DNA from: an uncultured Candidatus Saccharibacteria bacterium
GTDB taxonomy: Bacteria; Patescibacteriota; Doudnabacteria; UBA920
Reading direction: 5' to 3'
DNA length: 64,000 nt
NCBI GenBank assembly: GCA_964597895.1
Contig: CAZQZS010000003.1
Location: 4,315-68,314, forward strand
Shown here: one piece after another, positions 1 to 12,373 of the stretch
Numbering within the stretch: position 1 is the first letter of the stretch
How the letters are laid out: each line of letters starts with the position of its first letter
Notes under the pieces: model-generated
The model's database searches: none
Told to the model about the DNA's origin: nothing
Seen by the model: the letters and a program-made list of their open reading frames with translations, nothing else
Translations under genes and position numbers: made by a program

Positions 1-762
1 AGTTGCATTAGTACTAACGGTTAAAGCTTGGGCGGCAATATTTGGATTACCATCACCTACAGTAAGAACGCCATAACCAATTGAGGTGGCTGTGCTCGTC
101 ACAGTCGTAGTTTGACCTGCAATAGTTGTACCCGAACTAACTCCCGAAATAGAGAATGTCAAAGAAGGTGCAGCCGTTGTAGCACTAGCTTCAAGTGAAT
201 AACCGCTCTCTGTATTTTCTGCGTCAGATCCTGTTCCGTAACTTGCTTTAACCTTAATCTTATAAGTAGTGCTGGGTGATAAGCCAGTAACTCTCTCCCC
301 GGTCCCACTATTCCAACCAGCATACGTTTGCCAGACCTCCGACGTTCCCAAAGTATCATCAGCCTGGATGAAATATGTAGTAACAAAGTTATCACTGGAG
401 ATAGCAATAGCGTAAGTTGTATCATCTTGTTGCCCGTCACCAGGAACTACCACAAAATCGAGACTGTTATATAGTGTGCCTCCTGTATTTGTTAGGGTTG
501 GTTGTCCAGGTATGCCCGGGTAGGCACCAGGCTGAAATCCACTTGGATTTACATAAGAAGTCGAACTACTATCCCCGCTCTCTACATCAGAAATAGAATC
601 TCTAGATTGGTAGTTAGTCGAACTACTGGATTCACCTCCTCCATCAAAAGTAGAATTTTCAATTTGATAACTTCCACTATTCATTGTTTGAGCAATGGCT
701 ACGCCAGGAATCAGTACGATGGTAACGAGCAGTATAAGGAGATTTTTGTATTGAGAGATCAT
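1..762 (-). CDS. Secreted Ser/Thr/Gly-rich surface protein, partial (start codon in window at 762; reading frame continues past window position 1)
   Basis: My manual minus-strand translation from the ATG at 762 is open down to position 1: MISQYKNLLILLVTIVLIPGVAIAQT..., a signal peptide followed by S/T/G-rich sequence with motifs 'STTYKIKVKASYG' and 'APSLTFSISG'. It is absent from the ORF track because it has no stop in the window. The track ORFs 159..440 and 502..768 are other frames of this gene. Confidence 0.55.
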   Translation of the reverse strand, partial: MISQYKNLLILLVTIVLIPGVAIAQTMNSGSYQIENSTFDGGGESSSSTNYQSRDSISDVESGDSSSTSYVNPSGFQPGAYPGIPGQPTLTNTGGTLYNSLDFVVVPGDGQQDDTTYAIAISSDNFVTTYFIQADDTLGTSEVWQTYAGWNSGTGERVTGLSPSTTYKIKVKASYGTGSDAENTESGYSLEASATTAAPSLTFSISGVSSGTTIAGQTTTVTSTATSIGYGVLTVGDGNPNIAAQALTVSTNAT

Positions 763-804
763 AATTAACTATATAATATCATAAAATCATATTGGTTTTA
801 CCAA

Positions 805-830
805 TAAAAAAGCCCAAGAAACTTGGGCCC
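805..830 (-). terminator. Rho-independent terminator after gene 838..1875
   Basis: Hairpin gcccaag-aaac-cttgggc at 812-828, followed on the minus strand by a T-run (A-run 805-811 on the plus strand). Confidence 0.6.
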
Positions 831-837
831 TAGTTGA

Positions 838-1875
838 TTACCGACGAGGAGAAGCTTGGTGCTGCCGAATAATCCTTCGTGTGTAAGCTTTGAGTAAGGT
901 TCGCAACACCAATAAGACAATCAATAAACTAAGGATTACTATGGACAATAACTGCCAAGGGATTATAAAAAAACTGTATTTGCTACTAGCAGTGTTATTG
1001 TTGACTCCATAACGGATATCTAATTCCGCTGTATAGTAACCAAAGGCAAAGTTTCCTAACTGACTCTTAGCTTGGGATAAAAAACCCGTAGGCGGTTGGC
1101 TTTGAGAAGTAGCGGCAGGATCCTCTACCCCGCCTCCAGCATTAATCCAAGTACTTTCGTATCTTCGGATACTTCTTGGCAATACACTTCCTTCTTGTCT
1201 GTTAGCACTCAAGCTTTTTGCTGTGAGACCAACTAAGTTTTTCACTATTATATTACCTTCTGGCTTAACGCGATCTGCACCAGTATTTTGAAAACGGTAG
1301 TAAAACTCTACTGGCAATGAGGTAAAAAAACGTTGTTTATCTTTAGTTCCAAATTCTAGAATATTTACACCTTCCTTCATCTCACCATTCACACGCAGGA
1401 GAATCAAGGTTCCTAATCTAGCTCCGATACTTACCTCGCCTCCGTTCTGTGGGGGCGGTGTAGTGCGAACAAAGATTGAGGCAAAGTAACCACCCGGTTC
1501 TGCACTTCTCGGTACATTGACTTTAAAAGGGATAGTACGAGTTTCACCTGCTCGGACCGTGATCTGGCTTTGAACATCTACCCAAGTTGCTAAACCTTCA
1601 CGTGCGGGCACAAACTGGGGGTTACCGCTCTCGTCCCCAGCTTCAAAATTCTCTACTTGGGTGAAATAAACAGTGTCGAACTGACTATCATTAGTGACAT
1701 CAAACTCACTTTCTACCGGGCGCCCAGGATCAGCAGCTAATTCTAACCGTGGTGGGCTAATAGTTATTGCAGAAGCTGTGAAAGGTATTGCAAACAAAAA
1801 GATGCCAGTTGCTATTAATAAAGCTAACTGGAATCTTTTAATTGTTAAAAGTGAGGATAAATAGGAGGCTTTCAC
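838..1875 (-). CDS. Cell-surface protein with N-terminal signal peptide and C-terminal TM anchor plus basic tail; resembles DUF916/CscA-type surface proteins
   Basis: 345-aa ORF with GTG start. N-terminus has a hydrophobic signal (LALLIATGIFLFAIPFTASA). C-terminus has a hydrophobic TM segment (FFIIPWQLLSIVILSLLIVLLVL) followed by RTLLKAYTRRIIRQ. The DUF916 assignment is by recalled resemblance, not a search. An extended -10 (TGgTATAAT) lies 6 nt upstream of the GTG. Confidence 0.65.
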   Translation of the reverse strand: MKASYLSSLLTIKRFQLALLIATGIFLFAIPFTASAITISPPRLELAADPGRPVESEFDVTNDSQFDTVYFTQVENFEAGDESGNPQFVPAREGLATWVDVQSQITVRAGETRTIPFKVNVPRSAEPGGYFASIFVRTTPPPQNGGEVSIGARLGTLILLRVNGEMKEGVNILEFGTKDKQRFFTSLPVEFYYRFQNTGADRVKPEGNIIVKNLVGLTAKSLSANRQEGSVLPRSIRRYESTWINAGGGVEDPAATSQSQPPTGFLSQAKSQLGNFAFGYYTAELDIRYGVNNNTASSKYSFFIIPWQLLSIVILSLLIVLLVLRTLLKAYTRRIIRQHQASPRR

Positions 1876-1903
1876 CTAACTATTATACCATATTTCAATA
1901 AAC

Positions 1904-2980
1904 TTAGAAGGTCGCTGTAGCAGTATAAGTAAGAGTGGTAGAATAGCTACCAGCTTCTGTACTTGATGTAATGTTTGCAACATAGCGGGCACTGTAAGTG
2001 GTGGTTGAGGAAGGTCCTGTGGCAGAAGCGATGTTGTCTGGGGCGGATACTCCGTTGTAGGCAAAGCCTGCAGCTGCATAAGGGGCATCAACCGCACCTG
2101 AACCGCCAGAGGCTACATAGCGGACGCCAAACTGTTCGGTGCCAGGAGTAGAAGCAGTGTTAGAAGCACCGATTGCATCAATGGTATCAGCACCACTAGT
2201 TAGCGTTGCGCCGGATACATACATCACATAACCGCCAGTAGCGTTAGTACCGGCTGCTAAGGTGTGAGCTTCAACTTCGGTAGCATTACCAGCGGAGTTG
2301 TCTGCGAACGTATCATCAGCTGCTGATAGAGTACCAAATTCAATATCGTTATCGGAAATTGAAAATGTAATGCTCGGTGCTACAGTTGCGGTGATATCAA
2401 CTTGATCGTCAGCAATGATGTCTACTGAGATAGTACCGGTGTCACCAAAACCACCAGCGATAGAGATTGTGTCATCATCGTCTAGAGCGCCGTTCTGAAT
2501 TGTATTAGCTGCACCAGTGCCGCCGGTTGTGGCAACAGTACCCATCTCAATACGGTAACATAGCCCGCCAGCGTGTGTATCATCTGTTTCTGGCGAGAAG
2601 GTTACCACATTACCAGTAACATCCACACCCCAGTCAGTAGCGCTAGCTGTTAAAGAAACCGCTTCTTCGGTGAAGTTTGCGGTAGTACAAGTACCGCTAT
2701 CGCCTACCGCAAAGTCAAAGTTGGCAGCAGCCTCAGCAGCTAAAACAAAGTCTGAACTAAAAGTTAATGTGATGGTGTCACCGCCACCAGTTTGGATACC
2801 AGTCGGACTCACAAAGTAAATCGTGTAGTCGGAGTTAGTATTTTGCGCTAAACGGCTTGCGTTGGCGCTTAAGCTAGTCAACGATGCTGCTTGAGCGGAA
2901 TTGATGGTGACAAAGCTAGCTAATACCAATGAAGTAATAGCTCCTTTCACCAACCAATTTTTAATTTTAGTTTTCATTTT
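1904..2980 (-). CDS. Secreted Thr/Ala/Gly/Asp-rich protein (possible WxL-like surface protein)
   Basis: The track ORF is 1904..3061. The likely start is the internal Met at 2980 (MKTKIKNWLVKGAITSLVLASFVTINSAQA, a type I signal peptide with an AQA cleavage site), preceded by an AGGAAA SD. It contains 'APSITFSISDNDIEFG', which echoes 'APSLTFSISG' in the gene at 1..762. Confidence 0.7.
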   Translation of the reverse strand, partial: KMKTKIKNWLVKGAITSLVLASFVTINSAQAASLTSLSANASRLAQNTNSDYTIYFVSPTGIQTGGGDTITLTFSSDFVLAAEAAANFDFAVGDSGTCTTANFTEEAVSLTASATDWGVDVTGNVVTFSPETDDTHAGGLCYRIEMGTVATTGGTGAANTIQNGALDDDDTISIAGGFGDTGTISVDIIADDQVDITATVAPSITFSISDNDIEFGTLSAADDTFADNSAGNATEVEAHTLAAGTNATGGYVMYVSGATLTSGADTIDAIGASNTASTPGTEQFGVRYVASGGSGAVDAPYAAAGFAYNGVSAPDNIASATGPSSTTTYSARYVANITSSTEAGSYSTTLTYTATATF

Positions 2981-3028
2981 TATTTCCTGGTGCCAGTTGG
3001 CAGGCACACTGTTTAATTGATTAATATC

Positions 3029-3057
3029 ATTATAACAGACTTTTGGCATTTTGTAAA
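3029..3057 (-). promoter_or_regulatory. Sigma70-like promoter TTTACA-17-TATAAT for gene 1904..2980
   Basis: Minus strand reads cTTTACAaaatgccaaaagtctgTTATAATgat. The -10 is a perfect TATAAT (plus-strand 3029-3034) and the -35 is TTTACA (plus-strand 3052-3057). Confidence 0.5.
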
Positions 3058-3060
3058 GCA

Positions 3061-3092
3061 AAAACCGCCCTCACTGTGGGTGGGGCGGTTAT
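3061..3092 (-). terminator. Rho-independent terminator downstream of rpoC
   Basis: Hairpin ccgccc...gggcgg (3065-3088) followed by a T-run on the minus strand. Confidence 0.65.
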
Positions 3093-3103
3093 GTAGCTTT
3101 GCT

Positions 3104-6100
3104 TTAGATAGGCAATTCCTGTGTCTTTAGATTTTCTTTAGCAACATCTGGATTAAAGCCTGTTCCGGCCGGAATTAGCTTACCAATAATGACGTTTTCC
3201 TTTAGGCCTTTAAGGTAATCTGTCTTGCCGGTTACCGCAGCTTCAATCAAAACGCGGGTAGTTTCTTGGAAGGAAGCCGCCGCTAGGAAACTTTCTGTGG
3301 ACAAGGAAATTTTAGTTATCCCCATCAGCAATTGTTCTGCTTCTACTTGACTGCGTCCGTCAGCCTCTAACTGTTCATTAATTTCTTGGAGGCGGGATTT
3401 ATCAATGACGTCACCTAGGACCAAATCGGTTTCTGCAGTGTTGGTCACGCGCATCTTGCTAAACATTTGGCGGACAATAACCTCAATATGCTTGTCGTGA
3501 ATCTGTTGACCCTGCGATACATAGATATCCTGGACTTCCTTTACGATGTAGCGCTGTGCGGCTTCGGTGCCCTGGAGTTCCAAAACTTTGTTTGGGCTGA
3601 GGTTCCCTTCGGTCAAAGGCTGTCCAGCAGCTACCAGGTCTCCGTCTTTAACTGTGAGAGTGAAGCCCGCTGGAATAACATACTCTACTAAATCTTCACC
3701 TTCGTGAACAAGTTTAATCTTGCCATCGCTGATACGGACAACACCGCTCGCGGGAGACTTGGTCATAGTGTTGTCTTGGCTGACAAACAAACTATCGCCT
3801 TCAACGATGCTCGCGCCGTCCTTAACCAGTACTTCACTGCCGCTGGGAATATCAATCACTTGAGATTGAGCGTTAGCGCCTTCAATGCGAACAATATTTT
3901 CTTTACCCGAAGCTTTCTCAACAGTTGCCTTACCGGCAATCTCCGCCACAGTAGCCATACCTTTTGGTTCCCGGGCTTCAAATAATTCTTCTACACGAGG
4001 TAAACCTTGGGTGATATCGCTTACCGATGCCGAACCACCAGTGTGGAAAGTACGCATGGTTAGCTGGGTTCCCGGTTCACCGATGGATTGCGCAGCCACG
4101 ATACCTACTGCTGCACCGAGTTCTACCATCTTATTGAATCCGAGGTCAAAACCATAACATTGTCGGCAGACACCGCGGACCAACTTACACTTCAAGACGC
4201 TGCGGCACTTAATTTCAGAAACATCGGTCTTGGCGATATCAACTGCTTGCTGTTCATCCACACCGTTGTTTTTCTTAACAATCACGTTGCCTTCGGCGTC
4301 CTTCACGTCTTCAAGTACTACGCGGCCGAACAAGCGGCGTTCAAATGATTGGTTCATAGCTTCACTGTCAGCGCGTGAAATCACGTCAAAGTCTTTGGTA
4401 CCGCAATCTTCTGCGTTGATTACCACATCCTGGGCAACGTCTACCAAGCGACGTGTTAAGTAACCTGCGTCAGCGGTACGAAGCGCAGTGTCACTCATAC
4501 CCTTACGGGAACCGTGCGTTGAAATGAAGTATTCCAGAATATCAATACCTTCTTTAAAGGAGCCGCGGACTGGGAGCTCAATGGTGCGACCACCAGGGTT
4601 TACTACGAGACCTTTAAGCCCGGACATCTGGGTGATCTGAGAGAAGGAACCGCGAGCGCCGCTAGATACAAAATAATTTACGCTGGAGTGAGGTTCAACT
4701 GTACCGACCACATCTTTGGCAATTTTTTCGGAAGCATCAGCCCAAATTTCTACCACGCGGCTATAGCGCTCGTCTTCGGTCAACAATCCTTCCAAGAACT
4801 GTTCTTGAGTAGTCTGAACTTCTTTGTCGGCTTCTTCCAATAAATTGTACTTGGTGTCAGGAACATGCAAGTCGTCCATACCCCAAGAGATGCCAGACTG
4901 TTTCATGTAGGTGAAGCCGGTACGCTTAATTTCGTCAATTAGGTTGGCAGTCGCGTCCAAACCAAAGGCTTGATAAGATTCGCGAACCAATGCTTGCAGT
5001 CGCTTCTTGTCAAAAGCATCATTACGGAAACCAAACTCCTTTGGCATGATGCGGTTAAAGATCAACCGACCAACAGAGGTTTCCACGAGTTCACCGTCTT
5101 CCATGCGAACCTTAATCTTTGCCTGGATGTGCACGTGTTTGTTGTTGTAGGCAAGAATCGCTTCCTGCTTATCAGAAAACACCTTGCCTTCACCCTTAAG
5201 GCCTTCGCGGATAGTGGTAATGTAGAAACAACCCACCACAACGTCCTGTGCAGGAGTCATCACGGCATCACCACTGGCAGGCTTAAGCAGGTTATGACTA
5301 GAAACCATAATTTCGCGGGCTTCTTTTTGAGCAGATTCAGTTAATGGAACGTGGACGGCCATTTGGTCACCATCAAAGTCAGCATTGAACGCTGCACACA
5401 CCATTGGATGAAGTTGAATAGCTTTACCTTCAATAAGTACTGGCTGGAAAGCTTGGAAACCAAGTCTGTGCAAGGTCGGCGCGCGGTTTAACAATACGTA
5501 GTGATCCTTGCTCACCTCTTCTAGGATATCCCAGACTTCGGTGCGGCCTTGTTCAATAAGGCGATTGGCGCTACGAACGTTGTGCGCGTATTCGCGGGAA
5601 ATAAGTTTTGAAATCACGAACGGCTTAAACAATTCCAAAGCCATGCGCTTTGGCAAACCACATTGGTGGAGCTTGAGGTTCGGACCGACAACGATTACGG
5701 AACGGCCTGAATAGTCAACGCGCTTACCGAGCAGGTTCTGGCGGAAGCGTCCTTGCTTACCCTTAAGCATGTCTGCCAGAGAACGTAATTTTCGCTTTTG
5801 GCCTGTAGAGGCTGTTACTTCCTTGCCATGGCGAACGCTGTTATCAATCAAGGCATCAACCGCTTCCTGCAACATGCGCTTTTCATTACGGGTAATCACT
5901 TCTGGGGATTTAATTTCAAGCAGTTTCTTAAGACGGTTGTTGCGGTTGATTACGCGGCGGTACAGATCGTTCAAGTCAGAGGTCGCAAAACGACCACCGT
6001 CTAACTGCACCATTGGGCGTAAGTCTGGCGGAATGACAGGCAAGTGCTTAATAAGCATCCACTCTGGACGCACACCGCTACGCACTAAAGACTTGATAAG

Positions 6101-6976
6101 CTTCAAACGGCGGGTCAACTTTTTAGCGTTCTGACCTTCTGCATCTCGTAATTCAATTTCTAATTCGCTGGCAAGTTCTTCTAGGTTAATGTCTTCTAAT
6201 AATGCTTCTAGGGCTTCGGCACCGATACCTGCAGTAAAGACTTGGCCGTACTTCAAAGACAGGTCGCGGTAAGCGAGCTCAGAAATAATCTGCATCTTTT
6301 TGATGCTCTTGAGTTCAGAGCGGGCCTGATCGCGAATACTTTCCAAATTCTGAATTTCCTTTGCCCACATATCCTTAAGAGCCGTGATTTCTGCGTCAAT
6401 TTTAGCGCCCTTAACATCGGCATCACCCTTAAGATCCTGCTCTAATTGGGTGCGAGTCTTTGCCAGCAGAGTCTCATAACGAGTCTCAATTTCTTTTTTC
6501 TTGGCCTTAAATTCACTTTCAATTTGCTCTAAAGTATTTGCGCGCGCTTCTTCGTCTACGCTAGTAATAATGTAAGCGGCAAAATAAACCAAGCGTTCCA
6601 ATTCTTGAACACCTAAGTCTAGCACCAAGCCCAAACGGCTAGGCACGCTGCGCAAAAACCAAATGTGTGCCACTGGCACAGCCAGAGTAATATGCCCCAT
6701 GCGCTCGCGGCGAACAGAAGACTTGGTGACTTCTACGCCACACTTATCACAGACAATGTTCTTGTAACGAATGCGTTTGTACTTACCACAGTAACACTCC
6801 CAATCGCGGATCGGTCCAAAGATTTTTTCATCAAATAATCCTTCTTTTTCCGGACGCTGAGTGCGGTAGTTAATGGTTTCCGGCTTGGTCACTTCGCCGT
6901 GAGACCAAGACAAAATCGTTTCTGGGCTCGCCAGTTTGATTTTGACCCCTTTGAATTCTTCAGTTTGAGTAAACAT
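3104..6976 (-). CDS. rpoC: DNA-directed RNA polymerase subunit beta'
   Basis: 1290 aa. Contains the catalytic motif NADFDGDQMAVHVPL and the N-terminal Zn-finger cysteines (CYCGKYK...CDKCGVEV). Confidence 0.98.
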   Translation of the reverse strand: MFTQTEEFKGVKIKLASPETILSWSHGEVTKPETINYRTQRPEKEGLFDEKIFGPIRDWECYCGKYKRIRYKNIVCDKCGVEVTKSSVRRERMGHITLAVPVAHIWFLRSVPSRLGLVLDLGVQELERLVYFAAYIITSVDEEARANTLEQIESEFKAKKKEIETRYETLLAKTRTQLEQDLKGDADVKGAKIDAEITALKDMWAKEIQNLESIRDQARSELKSIKKMQIISELAYRDLSLKYGQVFTAGIGAEALEALLEDINLEELASELEIELRDAEGQNAKKLTRRLKLIKSLVRSGVRPEWMLIKHLPVIPPDLRPMVQLDGGRFATSDLNDLYRRVINRNNRLKKLLEIKSPEVITRNEKRMLQEAVDALIDNSVRHGKEVTASTGQKRKLRSLADMLKGKQGRFRQNLLGKRVDYSGRSVIVVGPNLKLHQCGLPKRMALELFKPFVISKLISREYAHNVRSANRLIEQGRTEVWDILEEVSKDHYVLLNRAPTLHRLGFQAFQPVLIEGKAIQLHPMVCAAFNADFDGDQMAVHVPLTESAQKEAREIMVSSHNLLKPASGDAVMTPAQDVVVGCFYITTIREGLKGEGKVFSDKQEAILAYNNKHVHIQAKIKVRMEDGELVETSVGRLIFNRIMPKEFGFRNDAFDKKRLQALVRESYQAFGLDATANLIDEIKRTGFTYMKQSGISWGMDDLHVPDTKYNLLEEADKEVQTTQEQFLEGLLTEDERYSRVVEIWADASEKIAKDVVGTVEPHSSVNYFVSSGARGSFSQITQMSGLKGLVVNPGGRTIELPVRGSFKEGIDILEYFISTHGSRKGMSDTALRTADAGYLTRRLVDVAQDVVINAEDCGTKDFDVISRADSEAMNQSFERRLFGRVVLEDVKDAEGNVIVKKNNGVDEQQAVDIAKTDVSEIKCRSVLKCKLVRGVCRQCYGFDLGFNKMVELGAAVGIVAAQSIGEPGTQLTMRTFHTGGSASVSDITQGLPRVEELFEAREPKGMATVAEIAGKATVEKASGKENIVRIEGANAQSQVIDIPSGSEVLVKDGASIVEGDSLFVSQDNTMTKSPASGVVRISDGKIKLVHEGEDLVEYVIPAGFTLTVKDGDLVAAGQPLTEGNLSPNKVLELQGTEAAQRYIVKEVQDIYVSQGQQIHDKHIEVIVRQMFSKMRVTNTAETDLVLGDVIDKSRLQEINEQLEADGRSQVEAEQLLMGITKISLSTESFLAAASFQETTRVLIEAAVTGKTDYLKGLKENVIIGKLIPAGTGFNPDVAKENLKTQELPI

Positions 6977-7076
6977 ATAGTTGAGCTGGTAGAAAGTAGG
7001 AAGTAGAAAGTAATCTTAATCAATCTGATATTCTGATTCTGACTTACTTTTTACTATTTACTTTTTACTTGTTAGT

Positions 7077-10568
<3,492 letters not shown>

Positions 10569-10824
10569 TATGCGTATTTCCTTCCAGGCCTAGTTCTGCC
10601 TGAAAATTACTTATTATATAGAGAAGGTAGTCTTTCAATTAAAAAAAGACTAGAATAAGCGGAGTTTTTGTTTTTTAAAGTATAGAAAATGCCGAAACCG
10701 CCAAAAGTCTTGTAAAAAGTAGTCTAAAATATTTGATTGTTGAAAAAAAAGACTCCCATTCTTGCCGAACGCAAAAAAGGGCTTTCAAAATGCCTTAATT
10801 TCCTATTGATTTGTTCACATTTGA

Positions 10825-10852
10825 ATAATATCAAGCAAGTATTTTTTGTCAA
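10825..10852 (-). promoter_or_regulatory. Near-consensus sigma70 promoter TTGACA-16-TATTAT upstream of rpoB (long 5' UTR)
   Basis: Minus strand reads cTTGACAaaaaatacttgcttgaTATTATtc (plus-strand tgtcaa at 10847-10852, ataata at 10825-10830). It lies about 250 nt upstream of the rpoB ATG. Confidence 0.45.
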
Positions 10853-10874
10853 GAAAAAATCAAACTTTTTTAGC

Positions 10875-10914
10875 AAAAAAATAAAAATCCCTGGGCGATA
10901 CTAATTGCCCAGGG
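10875..10914 (-). terminator. Rho-independent terminator of gene 10901..11743 (hairpin overlaps its stop codon)
   Basis: Hairpin ccctgggc/gcccaggg (10889-10914), followed on the minus strand by a long T-run (plus-strand 10875-10887 is A-rich). Confidence 0.6.
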
Positions 10915-11743
10915 TGTCCAAATTGAGTTCCGCCCTATGAGATTCTCTTACTAATTCCCAAATTTGAGCAAAACCAGTCAAAATTGAGAATTGTTGGTGC
11001 AGATTGTCCATATTATGTGGAGAAACATGGTAAACCATATCCACACGTTCGGATGTGCTCCTCTGCATACCGTCTACCCCGAAACAGGCGCAGTTGCCAG
11101 GAACAGTGATTACAAACCGGTCTTTATCCGTCCAAATACGAAACTCGTGCAGTTCCGCAGGGTACTTGGAGCAAGTCCTGTTAAAAATTTCCATCATGGC
11201 CCGACTGACTGTGTGATGGTGCCGGTTATCGTTTATGATTAGCCAGTTCCTCCAAATCGGGCTTATATATGCGCCAATTCCTTTCGCACTCATGCCTGAG
11301 CCTGTACCGATGCCGTCTATGATGGCCAGCTGTCTGGATCTAACTCCTGTGCTTGCTTCCATATGAAAGGTAAGCAAGGTAAGCAGCATATCCAAGCCGC
11401 AAGAGACGAGATCGGACGCTTCAGAAATGTTGACCTGATATTCCACAAAAGCATCGGTAGTCTTTACGGTCTTAAAAATCTCACCAAAACCCCAGTAATC
11501 AGAGTTTTTTGGGGAAATAACCTCAACACCCAAGCTTCCCGCCACCGAAGCCACGCCCGGTACACTGCTAGCAAAGAGTTCGCACACGATCTCGTGCGCC
11601 AAAGGGTGAACGCCGACAATCAAACCACAAACCTTGTTTCTTTTTCGAAGTGGCTTTAGGTAATACCATTCATCAACTCCCCTAGGTTCACCGTCAAACA
11701 TCCCCTGACAGCAAAATTTGGTAAACAAACCAGTATCTGCCAT
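10901..11743 (-). CDS. Hypothetical protein (280 aa) with His/Cys-rich motifs; possible metal-dependent enzyme
   Basis: Long ORF with its own terminator. Contains motifs CGLIVGVHPLAHE, DGIGTGSGMSAKG and NRHHHTVSRAMME. I could not recall a family match. Confidence 0.6.
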   Translation of the reverse strand: MADTGLFTKFCCQGMFDGEPRGVDEWYYLKPLRKRNKVCGLIVGVHPLAHEIVCELFASSVPGVASVAGSLGVEVISPKNSDYWGFGEIFKTVKTTDAFVEYQVNISEASDLVSCGLDMLLTLLTFHMEASTGVRSRQLAIIDGIGTGSGMSAKGIGAYISPIWRNWLIINDNRHHHTVSRAMMEIFNRTCSKYPAELHEFRIWTDKDRFVITVPGNCACFGVDGMQRSTSERVDMVYHVSPHNMDNLHQQFSILTGFAQIWELVRESHRAELNLDTLGN

Positions 11744-11778
11744 GTATTTATCCTCCTTATTGCTGGGATTATAGCCAT

Positions 11779-11807
11779 CATCTTTAAACCTGTCTACATG
11801 GTATAAT
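11779..11807 (+). promoter_or_regulatory. Extended -10 promoter (TGgTATAAT) abutting the ruvA start codon; putative leaderless transcript
   Basis: tacaTGgTATAATcaagtcatATG: the -10 is at 11802-11807 and the ATG at 11816. No SD is present. Confidence 0.45.
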
Positions 11808-11815
11808 CAAGTCAT

Positions 11816-12373
11816 ATGATTGCCTTTCTAAGCGGAAAAGTCCTCCAAAAAACCAATAGTTACCTGATTTTAGAACAGACTGGGATTGGCTATAAAGTCT
11901 TTGTGACACCAGAAATCTTAGAGCACCCCATCGGTCATGATCTGGCGCTCTATATATATCACAAGAGCGCCGATGATGGGCAAACCCTCTTTGGTATGCC
12001 TGACTTTGAGAGTTTGCAATTCTTCGAGTTACTAATAACAGTGACAGGCGTAGGACCAAAGATGGCTTTGACCATTATTTCCAGCTCAAAAATTGATATC
12101 CTCCAACAAGCTATTATTAATGGCGATAGCGACATCTTTACTCGCATGTCTGGTGTGGGAAAGAAAACTGCAGAAAGAATTATCTTAGAACTTAAGAACA
12201 AAGTTGGTGGCGTACTGAGCGGGGTAAGCGGTGGCAGTAGTGATTTGTTTGATGCCTTAATTGCCCTGGGTTACAATCCACGCGAAGTGCGCGATGCCGT
12301 TGCTAAAGTTGATAATACTTTAGACACAGCTGCTCAAATCAAAGAAGCGCTTAAGTTAATTTCCAAAGCTTAA
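11816..12373 (+). CDS. ruvA: Holliday junction DNA helicase RuvA
   Basis: 185 aa with the RuvA OB-fold N-terminus and HhH motifs (TGVGPKMAL, MSGVGKKTAERI). Confidence 0.9.
   Translation: MIAFLSGKVLQKTNSYLILEQTGIGYKVFVTPEILEHPIGHDLALYIYHKSADDGQTLFGMPDFESLQFFELLITVTGVGPKMALTIISSSKIDILQQAIINGDSDIFTRMSGVGKKTAERIILELKNKVGGVLSGVSGGSSDLFDALIALGYNPREVRDAVAKVDNTLDTAAQIKEALKLISKA

Noticed and set aside
159-768. ORF-track ORFs 159..440(-) and 502..768(+)
   Set aside because: Both are alternative frames or the opposite strand of the genuine partial minus-strand gene 1..762, which has a clear signal peptide and an open frame across the whole region.
1876-2097. ORF 1876..2097(-), 73 aa
   Set aside because: It lies wholly inside gene 1904..2980 in another frame. 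Its Pro/Leu/Gln-rich low-complexity translation is typical of an out-of-frame read of GC-rich Thr/Ala/Gly codons.
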